Position numbers and translations under genes: made by a program. Below are positions 49,520 through 58,939 of a DNA stretch of 64,000 bases, in pieces. The notes below the pieces were generated by a model. It searched no databases. It saw nothing but the letters and a program-made list of their open reading frames with translations, and was not told the DNA's origin. Origin of the DNA: an uncultured Prevotella sp. (GTDB lineage Bacteria; Bacteroidota; Bacteroidia; Bacteroidales; Bacteroidaceae); NCBI GenBank assembly GCA_964420715.1, contig CAYQUN010000012.1:4418-68417 (forward strand), given 5' to 3'. Positions within the stretch are counted from its first letter, which is position 1. Each line of letters opens with the position of its first letter.

Positions 49520-51370
49520 ATGCGTAAGATTGCAGCCATAGTCTTCATGCTATGCATCACGACCACATGGGCGTTGGCAGTACCACGTGCCGAATATCCA
49601 AGGCCCCAGTTTGAACGCCAGGATTGGATCAATCTCAATGGTGACGATTGGACCTACCAGTTCGATTTCGGCAAGAGCGGCTCCGAGGCCAGGCTCTACA
49701 CCTCAAAAGGCTTTCACGACCACATCACGGTGCCGTTCTGCCCGGAGAGTCCGCTATCCGGCGTCAACCACAAGGACTTCATCGACGCCATGTGGTATCA
49801 CCGCACACTTGACATTCCGGCCTCATGGCAGGGCAAGCACATCATCCTGCATTTTGGGGGCGTAGACTTCAAGTCCACCATTTATATCAACGGCCAGAAC
49901 GCGGCGACGCACTATGGCGGAAGCGCCTCCTTCGAGGTGGACATCACCAAGTATGTCACACCGGGCTCCACGGCCGACCTCGTGGTGGGCGTGGAAGACG
50001 ACGTCCGCTCCCGGCTCCAGCCCGGAGGCAAGCAGAGCCGCCGGCTCAATTCCTATGAATGTTTCTACACCCGTGTCACGGGCATCTGGTCGACGGTGTG
50101 GCTCGAGCCGGTGGCCAAGGGCGGACTCAAGAAGGTGAAGATTACGCCCGACCTCGACAACAGCCAGTTCCACTTCGACCCCGTATACTATGAGATAACG
50201 GGCAACGAGACGTTCACCGTGACCGTGAAAGACGGCAACAAGGTGGTGGCCACGGCCACCGTTCCCGCCGCCAACAGCAGCAGCGTGGCCACAACCCTCA
50301 AGAACGTGAAGACCTGGTCGCCCGAGAGCCCACACCTATATAATATAGAGTTCACGGTGAAGAAGGACGGCAAGGTGATCGACCAGGTCAGCAGCTACGC
50401 CGGTATGCGCAAATCGGAGATTCGCGGGCGGAAGTTCTATCTCAACAACAAGCCCTATTACCAGCGGCTGGTCCTTGACCAGGGCTACTATCCCGACGGC
50501 CAGTGGACCGCGCCTACCGACGAGGCGCTGAAGAACGACATCCGCCTCGGCAAGGAGGCCGGCTTCAACGGGGCACGCCTGCACCAGAAGGTTTTCGACC
50601 AGAGATACTTCTATTGGGCCGACAAGCTGGGCTACCTCACATGGGGCGAGTCGCCAAGCTGGGAGATGGACTGGACCAATCCCATCGCCGCCCGCAACAT
50701 GATTGACGAATGGACGGAGTGCCTCGACCGCGACTACAACGTGACGAGCCTCGTGGTGTGGTCGCCTCTCAACGAGGTGTGGATGGACGACGTGGACGAC
50801 CAGCGCAAGCGGCTCACCGAGGACCTCTACTACATGACCAAGCGCATTGACAACACGCGCCCCGTGGCCACGACGAGCGGGGGATGGCACGTGGGGGTTG
50901 ACGACATCTACACCGAGCACACCTATCTGCAAGACCCGCTCGAGCTGTACAACCAGGTGAAGCCCATCGACGAGGACAAGCCCTACACGCAGTTTGCCGA
51001 CAAGAGCTATAAATGGGAGGGACAACCCTATATGATCGACGAGTTCGGCGGCATACGCTGGATCAAGAAGATGGCCACACAACAGGAGGTGGCACCCGAG
51101 AGCAGCTTCTGGGGCTATGGAAAAGACCCGCAAACCCTGGAGGAATATTACGACCGCCTGGAAGGACAAGTGGACGCCATGCTGAGCATTGACAACGTGT
51201 GCGGCTTCTGCTACACCCAGATTGTCGACGTGGAGCTGGAGAAGAACGGCATCTACACCTACGACCGCGAGAAGAAGTTCGACATGGACCGCATCCACCG
51301 CATCTTCACCAAGAGTCGCGAGCAGGCCAAGAAAGACTTCCAGAAACGGGTTGAAGCCCGCAAGAAGTAG
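49520..51370 (+). CDS. GH2 glycoside hydrolase
   Basis: PRAEYPRPQFER..WINLNG, HFGGVD, ARLHQKV..YWADKLG, PLNEVW and MIDEFGG motifs. Confidence 0.9.
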   Translation: MRKIAAIVFMLCITTTWALAVPRAEYPRPQFERQDWINLNGDDWTYQFDFGKSGSEARLYTSKGFHDHITVPFCPESPLSGVNHKDFIDAMWYHRTLDIPASWQGKHIILHFGGVDFKSTIYINGQNAATHYGGSASFEVDITKYVTPGSTADLVVGVEDDVRSRLQPGGKQSRRLNSYECFYTRVTGIWSTVWLEPVAKGGLKKVKITPDLDNSQFHFDPVYYEITGNETFTVTVKDGNKVVATATVPAANSSSVATTLKNVKTWSPESPHLYNIEFTVKKDGKVIDQVSSYAGMRKSEIRGRKFYLNNKPYYQRLVLDQGYYPDGQWTAPTDEALKNDIRLGKEAGFNGARLHQKVFDQRYFYWADKLGYLTWGESPSWEMDWTNPIAARNMIDEWTECLDRDYNVTSLVVWSPLNEVWMDDVDDQRKRLTEDLYYMTKRIDNTRPVATTSGGWHVGVDDIYTEHTYLQDPLELYNQVKPIDEDKPYTQFADKSYKWEGQPYMIDEFGGIRWIKKMATQQEVAPESSFWGYGKDPQTLEEYYDRLEGQVDAMLSIDNVCGFCYTQIVDVELEKNGIYTYDREKKFDMDRIHRIFTKSREQAKKDFQKRVEARKK

Positions 51371-51427
51371 GCACCCGCAATCCCCAGAACGACAAACCCG
51401 AACTTTCTAACAAAAAACTATATATAT

Positions 51428-53884
51428 ATGAACCGACCGAAAAGTATATGCGTTGCCGCCTTGCTCTTAGGGAGCATGCTGGCCATGAGCGCACAGACTT
51501 ATCGCAACCCTGTCATACCCGGCGTTGCTGATGCCGGGTGTGTCAGGTATGCCGGCAAATATTATCTCGGCGGTGTTGCCACTCTGGGCGATTTCTTTGT
51601 CAGCAGCGACCTCGTCAGCTGGCCCGACCGCATCCACGTGTTCGACTTGGACAACCAGTGGACCCACGGCACGGGGGCCCGCAACAACCAGGTGCACGCC
51701 GACGACATCTCGTATAGCAATGGCAAGTTCCACTTGCTGTTCAGCGTCAACTACTGGGGACGCGACCGGCACATCGTGCACATCACGCATGCCACCTCGG
51801 AGTCTATTTCCGGCCCCTTCCGCGAGGTGAGGGATGACCAGTGGTATGAGAACCGCATCGACCCGATGGTCTTCCGCGACGATGACGGCCGACTCTATCT
51901 CTACATGGTGAAGTTCACCGACGGCAACACCATCTGGGGACGCCCCCTGAACCAGGACTTCTCCTTTGCCGGAGACGCCGTGCAGCAGTTCAGCTCGCAA
52001 CCCGGCACGTGGGAGACGCTTGACAACCGGGTGGCGGAAGGCCCCTTCGTCATCAAGTATCGTGGAAGATACTACATGATGTATAATGCCAACCACACGG
52101 CGCCGGAATATGGCAACTACCGCCTGGGCGTGTGCGAGGCCGCATCGCCATTGGGATTCAATCCCGGTGGGAAATACAGCCACCCGGTGGTTGGGCCCAA
52201 CACGATAGCGATGGACGACACCCACCCCGACCTGCTGCTCTATGGCACGGGCCGATATGTTCCGGCCACGGTGTCACGTTCGCAAGGGGGCGCCGACACC
52301 ATTCACTTCAACCTCGCACGCGTTCCGGAAGGCAACACTTACCTGAAGGTCGTGCAAAGGGGAGGCTGCCGCGTGAAGGTCAACGGCACGAGCGTCAATG
52401 GCGACGACAAGGCCGACTACACGCTCTTCCCGATAGACAAGAAGGCCTTGAGAGAAGGTGGGAACGAAATCGTCGTAGACAAAGGCCGGGGCACCTTGTC
52501 GGCCATCGCGCTCTACGATTTCGGCAACGACACCCCCGACGACTTGCTGGTCACTCCGGGACAACCCAACATCGTGAGGGGACCCAACGGCTGGGAGTGG
52601 TGGCTCGTCTACATGGCCAACGTGGGATGGAGGCGCAGCCAGTTTATCGACCGGATACACTTCAACCAAGGACGCCTCACGGTGGACGGCATCACCGGAC
52701 CACACACCACGGGGTTTCATCCAGCACCCGCCCTACCCCAATATGCCGGCCAGGCGCTCGACAGCGTCAACTTCTCCGACTCCTATCTGCTGGAGCTCAC
52801 CATGAAGGGCCCGGCGACGCGGCAGGGCATCGACGTGGGAGGCACGAGTGTGACTCTCCCCGACAGCATGGACCATGACGTCGCTCACGAGTGGCGCATA
52901 GAAAAGAACCACGGACTGCTGACGGTGTGGGTGGACAAGATTCTGCTACGCGACCATGTGGCCATAGACGCCTCCGCCCAAGGCGTGACCCTCACGGGCG
53001 GCGAAAGGGCGTATGACGTGGACTATGTTTCCTATAACGTGGGCTACGACGAGTATGCCGACAAGTTCAGCGGATGGGAAGGACTTGCGGCCGGCGGCAA
53101 GGGGCTGCAACTGAAGCGGGGACGATATCTGAAGGGGGACGCCGCCTCGGACTATGAGCTGAGCGTCCAAACCGACGACCACGGGGCCCCGACGGGGACC
53201 TACGGCGTCATGGCGGCCTATGTGGACGAGAAGAACTATGTGAGCGTACAGGTGGACATCCCGACGGCAAGCGTGGTAATCACCAAGGTGGAGAAGGGCA
53301 AGAAGACCACCGTCGTCAAGCCCCTGGGAGAGACCGCCGACGCCTACCCCGATGTCAAGCACACCGACTCTTTCGAGAAACAATATCGCTTTGATAGCGA
53401 CACCTACCTCACGGCCATCCTCCTTCCCCACCAGAAGCCCGACAACGACCCGTATGCAAGCGACTTGGGCATCGCGGCTCCGGACCGTGAGGGATATGTG
53501 GAAGACGTCGTCGCGTCGCAACAGGTGGCCTACCTCGACGGGGACACGTGGAAGCCGCTGACATTCGAGAAGGTGGCCTCGCCCCACCCCGCATGGCAAC
53601 GCCTGAAGACGGACAACGTCAAGACCCGCGGCTTGCGCTTCATCAATGGCAATCCCACGGATATGCACCGAAACCTATACCGTATCAAGGTGGAGAAGAG
53701 CCGCCAGAGCGTCAACCAGCTGCGTGTTGACAAGCGGGGACGGGACCTTCACTTCTTTGTGAACGGCAGGGCCTTGGGCACCGTGAAGATGAAAAGAAAT
53801 GTACCTACCCGTTGCGGAGTAGTGTCTGACGGCAATGCAGACGTGACGATAGGCAACACTTTATATTACATCATCAAACAATAA
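51428..53884 (+). CDS. GH43 glycoside hydrolase with an inserted domain and C-terminal beta-sandwich modules
   Basis: YRNPVIPGVAD (base), RIDPMVF (pKa modulator) and VAEGPFV (acid) motifs. Confidence 0.85.
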   Translation: MNRPKSICVAALLLGSMLAMSAQTYRNPVIPGVADAGCVRYAGKYYLGGVATLGDFFVSSDLVSWPDRIHVFDLDNQWTHGTGARNNQVHADDISYSNGKFHLLFSVNYWGRDRHIVHITHATSESISGPFREVRDDQWYENRIDPMVFRDDDGRLYLYMVKFTDGNTIWGRPLNQDFSFAGDAVQQFSSQPGTWETLDNRVAEGPFVIKYRGRYYMMYNANHTAPEYGNYRLGVCEAASPLGFNPGGKYSHPVVGPNTIAMDDTHPDLLLYGTGRYVPATVSRSQGGADTIHFNLARVPEGNTYLKVVQRGGCRVKVNGTSVNGDDKADYTLFPIDKKALREGGNEIVVDKGRGTLSAIALYDFGNDTPDDLLVTPGQPNIVRGPNGWEWWLVYMANVGWRRSQFIDRIHFNQGRLTVDGITGPHTTGFHPAPALPQYAGQALDSVNFSDSYLLELTMKGPATRQGIDVGGTSVTLPDSMDHDVAHEWRIEKNHGLLTVWVDKILLRDHVAIDASAQGVTLTGGERAYDVDYVSYNVGYDEYADKFSGWEGLAAGGKGLQLKRGRYLKGDAASDYELSVQTDDHGAPTGTYGVMAAYVDEKNYVSVQVDIPTASVVITKVEKGKKTTVVKPLGETADAYPDVKHTDSFEKQYRFDSDTYLTAILLPHQKPDNDPYASDLGIAAPDREGYVEDVVASQQVAYLDGDTWKPLTFEKVASPHPAWQRLKTDNVKTRGLRFINGNPTDMHRNLYRIKVEKSRQSVNQLRVDKRGRDLHFFVNGRALGTVKMKRNVPTRCGVVSDGNADVTIGNTLYYIIKQ

Positions 53885-53905
53885 TAAACAAAACACCTTT
53901 TGAGT

Positions 53906-55666
53906 ATGAAAAAGAAAAGTTTACTCGCTGCAGCTTTGATGCTAACAGCAGGTGGTGCTTTCGCACAAACGGACAATGTCATCGACTTGCTCCCGGAGGG
54001 AGTGACCGTTGACATCAATGCTGAGCGCCGCACCGTCAAGGAGAAGAACCTTGTCGTCGTGGGATCGCAGGAAAAAGGCTACAAGGCCTTCTTCGCCGCT
54101 ACCGATAGCGAGCACGGCACAGAGCTTTGGGTGACCGACGGCACCAAGGCCGGCACGCACATCGTGGCCGACATCCTGCCCGGAAGCGGCTCGTCGTCGC
54201 CGGCCTGGCTTGCACGATTGAATGACAAGGTGCTCTTCTCGGCTTATACCGACGACAACGGACGCCAGCTATGGGTGTCTGACGGCACGGCCGAGGGAAC
54301 AAAGCTGATTGCCCAGACCTATGACCTGGGTGACGGCAACCCTCAAGCCATCTATCAGATCAACGAGACGCAGGCCGTGTTTGCCGCCATTAGCGACGAG
54401 AGCGCCGAGTACAATCCTGACGAGGGTGCCCAGTATTGGCTCTGGGTGACCGACGGCACGGAGGAAGGCACCAAGCTTATCAAAGAAGTGAAGGTTGACA
54501 ATCCGGGCAAGGAGAACACCAACCAGCACTCGCCATTCGTGCGTGTGGGCCGCCGCCTGTTCTTCAAGGCCGACGACATCGACGAGCACTATGGCACGGA
54601 GCTTTGGGTGACCGACGGTACGGCCGAGGGCACTTACCTCGTGAAGGACATCAACACCGAGCCCAACACCGACAAGGGCCCCGGCTATACGCGTGACTCC
54701 GCTATCGACGACATGGAGAACTTCAATAACAACAAGTTGTTCTTCAAGGCTTGGACCCTCGAGAGTGGTAATGAGCTTTGGGCTTCCGACGGTACCGAGG
54801 AGGGCACTTACGAGGTCTACAATGCCGACCCCAGCGTCAACCCCGACAACGGCATCGGCAACGGTCCCGGTGTCTTTGGCGAAGGTTGGGAAGTCTATAA
54901 GGGACGCATCTGGTTCCGTGGCTGGAGCCCCGAGGGCGGTTACGAGCTTGCCGGCTCGAATCTTGAGAAGGGCGACTACCAGTATATTGACTACTTCACC
55001 CTCAATCCGTCTATCGACAACAACTCGTTCCCCGATCCGGGCTGCGTGTTCCAAGACAAGTACGTGTTCTGCGGAGCCGATGGCTTCGATGCCAACGCCG
55101 TGCCCGCACAGCATGGAGGCGAGATGCTGATTTGGGATGGTGAGACCATCACGCGTCAAACCGAGACCAAATTCCCGGGTACAATATGCGACTGGGTGAA
55201 AGAGCCCATCGTTGCCGGAGGTTCGCTTTACTGGATGAACGAGGCTAACGACGTGGCCTTAGGCCTCGGCAGCGGTCTGTATCGCCTTGACGACCTCAGC
55301 GACGAGCCTGTCGTCGTTACGCCTATCACGACGACGGGTGACAACGTGAACACCCTGCGCAACCTCAACGGAACCATCCTTTATGTCTGCGGTGCCAACA
55401 ACCGCCTGTATGCCGACGAGTATACGAAGGCTAACTGGGACGGTGTGTCGGACAAGGGATACCTCGATCCCAAGTTCGAGGGCGACACGGAGGCTTCCAC
55501 CAACGGCATCAACGGCATCTCGTCGAACAATGGTGACAGCAACATCATCAACGTGTACAATATCAATGGTATACAGGTGAAGAGCAATGTCAACAAGGCT
55601 GACGCTGCCAAGAACTTGCCCAAAGGCATCTACATCTTTGGTGGCAAGAAGCATGTCGTGTTCTAA
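53906..55666 (+). CDS. ELWxxDGT-repeat protein with a T9SS CTD
   Basis: GTELWVTDGT twice, GRQLWVSDGT, YWLWVTDGT and GNELWASDGT; CTD VYNINGIQV...LPKGIYIFGGKKHVVF. Confidence 0.88.
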   Translation: MKKKSLLAAALMLTAGGAFAQTDNVIDLLPEGVTVDINAERRTVKEKNLVVVGSQEKGYKAFFAATDSEHGTELWVTDGTKAGTHIVADILPGSGSSSPAWLARLNDKVLFSAYTDDNGRQLWVSDGTAEGTKLIAQTYDLGDGNPQAIYQINETQAVFAAISDESAEYNPDEGAQYWLWVTDGTEEGTKLIKEVKVDNPGKENTNQHSPFVRVGRRLFFKADDIDEHYGTELWVTDGTAEGTYLVKDINTEPNTDKGPGYTRDSAIDDMENFNNNKLFFKAWTLESGNELWASDGTEEGTYEVYNADPSVNPDNGIGNGPGVFGEGWEVYKGRIWFRGWSPEGGYELAGSNLEKGDYQYIDYFTLNPSIDNNSFPDPGCVFQDKYVFCGADGFDANAVPAQHGGEMLIWDGETITRQTETKFPGTICDWVKEPIVAGGSLYWMNEANDVALGLGSGLYRLDDLSDEPVVVTPITTTGDNVNTLRNLNGTILYVCGANNRLYADEYTKANWDGVSDKGYLDPKFEGDTEASTNGINGISSNNGDSNIINVYNINGIQVKSNVNKADAAKNLPKGIYIFGGKKHVVF

Positions 55667-55697
55667 TCTGTATCTTCAAGAACTAACCGTATGAAAC

Positions 55698-55739
55698 CCA
55701 CGCCCATCCGCCAAGAATGACCTTGGCGGACGGGCATGG
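55698..55739 (+). other. GC-rich intergenic stem-loop upstream of SusC
   Basis: GCCCATCCGCCAAG / CTTGGCGGACGGGC, 14-bp stem with one mismatch, no T tract. Confidence 0.6.
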
Positions 55740-55774
55740 CAAAAGCGGAATATTAAACTTAACCTATATCAATT

Positions 55775-58700
55775 ATGTCAAGACACATTTTAATACGTAG
55801 CTCGCTGTGTCTCATGTTGCTTTTTTGGACCGCCCTCGGATTTGCCCAGAAAATCACGGTGACGGGAACCGTCCTCGATGATACGCAACAGCCTCTCATG
55901 GGAGTGACCGTACTGGAAAAGGGTACGTCTAACGGGGCCGTCACCAACATTGACGGAAAATATACGATTACCGTTGCGAGCCACGCAACGCTGAGCTTTT
56001 CGTACATCGGCTTTAAAGCTCAAAACCAGGAAGTGAAAGGACGCAAGGAAATCAACGTACAGCTCGAGTCCTTCACCAACACGCTCAACGAGATGGTCGT
56101 CATTGGTTATGGCGTCCAAAAGAAGAGCGACATCACGGGATCTATCAGTTCCATTTCAGGCAAAGACATCAATGACGTGCCGGTCTCCTCCACCTTGCAG
56201 GCCTTGCAAGGACGTGCTGCCGGCGTCAACATCATACAGAACTCGGGTGCTCCGGGTGGAAGCACCACAATCAAGATTCGTGGTACGGGTACCATCAACG
56301 ACGCCGACCCGTTGTACGTCGTGGACGGATTCATCGTCGACAACATCGACTACCTCAATCCTAATGACATTGCCAACGTGGAGGTGTTCAAGGATGCGGC
56401 GTCGAGCGCCGTGTATGGTTCGCGTGCCGCAAACGGCGTCGTCTCCATCACCACCAAGCGCGGTAAGGCCGGAAAGATCTCCATTACCTATGACGGATAC
56501 GTGGGAACGTCGGATGCATGGAAGAAAATCGATGTCATGGACGCCGACAACTATGCGCTGATGAGGGACTATGTCAATGGCTCCACAACCTACTCTGCCG
56601 ACGGACAGCTCTTCATGACCAAGGATGCCAGCGGCAACCTGGTCTTTGATCCGGCAAAGGCCGCCATCCTCGATACCATTCACCACAACTCCGCCGGCAA
56701 CTGGTGGGACGCCGTGACGCGTACCGGCATAAAGACGCAACACGGCGTGAGCGTGAGCGGGGGCTCGGAGAACACCCAGTTCCTGGCCAGCGTGAGCTAT
56801 TATAGGGAGAACGGTATCGTGAAGACTTCGGATTACAACCGCTTCAACGGCAGGGTCAACGTGAACTCGAAGCTGGCCAAGTGGCTCACCATGCAAGCCG
56901 AGCTGGCTTACACGAACGAGAAGCGCCACGGCGTGCCGGAAGGGTCGTCGAGCATCTTGAAGCAGGCGCTCTTCGAGTCGCCCATGGAGTATCTGTACAA
57001 CAATGAGGACTACTGGTATAGCAACAATCCGCTGGCCGTGCTTGACAGATATAACGGGCAGAATCATTATGACCGGCTGAACGCCAACCTCAGCCTTGAC
57101 GCGAAGTTCCTGAAATACTTCGACTATCAATTCAAGGCTTCTTATTATACTACGCGCAATATCGATGACGACTTTACGGAAGTTTGGGGACCAGACGAGG
57201 ACTTCGTCATGCCCTCTTCGCTGTCGTCCGTGTATAAGAAGCAAGACAATGTGAACAAATGGGAAATCAACAACCTTCTCACGTTCCTCTATACCGACAA
57301 GCATAACAGCCTGACCGTCCTTGCCGGTCAGACGGCCGAGAGCTACAAGGACAGCTGGCAAGACGGAAGGCGTGCCGGAACTCCGGGTAATGCTTCCGAC
57401 TTCCGGTTCCTTTCGAGTGCTTATACTGGTGACAAGACTTACGGACTTGACCGGGAATGGACCTCCGTGGGCTTCATCAGCCGTATCAACTATAGCCTGA
57501 ATGACACTTACCTCTTCCAGGCCAACATGCGTGTTGATGGCTCGTCCATGTTCTCCAAGGATAATCGTTGGGGATTCTTCCCTTCGGTGTCTCTCGGCTG
57601 GAAGTTCACCAACGAGAAATTTATGCAGAGCCTCTCTGACGTGCTCTCCAGCGGAAAGCTTCGCGTGGGTTGGGGCAAGCTGGGTAACAACCGTATTGAC
57701 GAGCTTTCACGATACACTTATCTTACCTCGGGCTATAACTATCCTTACGGGCTGGGCAACTCAACGGTCTACGAGGGCTCGACGGCCACCGTGCTGGGTA
57801 ACGACGGCATCAAGTGGGAGAAGAACGAAAGCTACAACGTCGGACTTGACCTCTCCTTCTGGAACAACAAGCTCCTCGTTACTGCGGAATACTTCAACCG
57901 CAAGACCACCGACATGCTCCTGCGTGTTCCGACAGTGGCCTCGGCCGGGCTCGACTTCAGCCCGATGACCAATGCCGGCGCCGTGAAGAACACGGGTTGG
58001 GAAGTGGATGTCAAGTGGCGCGACAATATCGGCAAGGACTGGAAATATGAAGTGGGATTCAACCTCTCATGGATCAAGAACAAGGTGACGAGCCTCGGTA
58101 CGGGAAACGAACCTATCTATGGATCGTATCTTAACGAAAGCAGCATTGTGGACTATGTCACCAAGACTGCCGTTGGCCAGCCTATTGGAAGCTTCTTTGG
58201 ATATGTCACTGACGGTATCTTCCAAAGCTATCAGGAGGTGAGGGAGAGTGCCCAGTACGAAGTAGGAAAGAACGACTTCGAGCAGACCACAATGCCTGGC
58301 GACTTCCGCTTCAAGGACCTTAATGGTGACCACCGCATCACGGCCGAGGACCGCACCTATCTTGGCTCGCCCATGCCCAAGTTCTTCTTCGGAATTCCTA
58401 TGGATGTCAGCTATAAGAATTTTGACTTGAACATCTTCCTCCAGGGACAAACAGGCAACAAGATTTTCAATGTGATGGACTATTATCTCTATAACGCGGC
58501 CGAAGGCAACGTATATGCAGACATTCGCTCAAAGCACTGGTCCGGCCAGCTTGAAGGCCAGGGAAGGACCTTCTTCCCCCTCAACACCAATGCCAGCGTT
58601 CCCGACTTGTCTAACAACGACGCGCCACGCAACTTCCGCGCAAGCGATTTCTTTGTACGCAAGGGCGACTACATGCGCCTAAAGCAAGTACAACTTACAT

Positions 58701-58918
58701 ATACGTTCCCACAATCCATCCTTTCACATATCGGTGTCAAGAGCCTGGCCCTGTCACTGACGGCTTACAACCTCCTGACCATTACGGGCTATGACGGCTT
58801 TGACCCCGAAGTGGGAAAAATCTCAGGTACGGAGGGAAACAACCTCAGCATGGGTGTCGACCAAGGTAACTACCCGCAAGCACGTTCGTTCACCTTTGGT
58901 GTGAAGTTAGGTTTATAA
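55775..58918 (+). CDS. susC: SusC-like TonB-dependent transporter 3
   Basis: VVIGYGVQKKSDITGSIS, IRGTGTIN, KDAASSAVYGSRAANGVVSITTKRG and YPQARSFTFG. Confidence 0.97.
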   Translation: MSRHILIRSSLCLMLLFWTALGFAQKITVTGTVLDDTQQPLMGVTVLEKGTSNGAVTNIDGKYTITVASHATLSFSYIGFKAQNQEVKGRKEINVQLESFTNTLNEMVVIGYGVQKKSDITGSISSISGKDINDVPVSSTLQALQGRAAGVNIIQNSGAPGGSTTIKIRGTGTINDADPLYVVDGFIVDNIDYLNPNDIANVEVFKDAASSAVYGSRAANGVVSITTKRGKAGKISITYDGYVGTSDAWKKIDVMDADNYALMRDYVNGSTTYSADGQLFMTKDASGNLVFDPAKAAILDTIHHNSAGNWWDAVTRTGIKTQHGVSVSGGSENTQFLASVSYYRENGIVKTSDYNRFNGRVNVNSKLAKWLTMQAELAYTNEKRHGVPEGSSSILKQALFESPMEYLYNNEDYWYSNNPLAVLDRYNGQNHYDRLNANLSLDAKFLKYFDYQFKASYYTTRNIDDDFTEVWGPDEDFVMPSSLSSVYKKQDNVNKWEINNLLTFLYTDKHNSLTVLAGQTAESYKDSWQDGRRAGTPGNASDFRFLSSAYTGDKTYGLDREWTSVGFISRINYSLNDTYLFQANMRVDGSSMFSKDNRWGFFPSVSLGWKFTNEKFMQSLSDVLSSGKLRVGWGKLGNNRIDELSRYTYLTSGYNYPYGLGNSTVYEGSTATVLGNDGIKWEKNESYNVGLDLSFWNNKLLVTAEYFNRKTTDMLLRVPTVASAGLDFSPMTNAGAVKNTGWEVDVKWRDNIGKDWKYEVGFNLSWIKNKVTSLGTGNEPIYGSYLNESSIVDYVTKTAVGQPIGSFFGYVTDGIFQSYQEVRESAQYEVGKNDFEQTTMPGDFRFKDLNGDHRITAEDRTYLGSPMPKFFFGIPMDVSYKNFDLNIFLQGQTGNKIFNVMDYYLYNAAEGNVYADIRSKHWSGQLEGQGRTFFPLNTNASVPDLSNNDAPRNFRASDFFVRKGDYMRLKQVQLTYTFPQSILSHIGVKSLALSLTAYNLLTITGYDGFDPEVGKISGTEGNNLSMGVDQGNYPQARSFTFGVKLGL

Positions 58919-58939
58919 TCTTTCAATGAAATACAAGAT

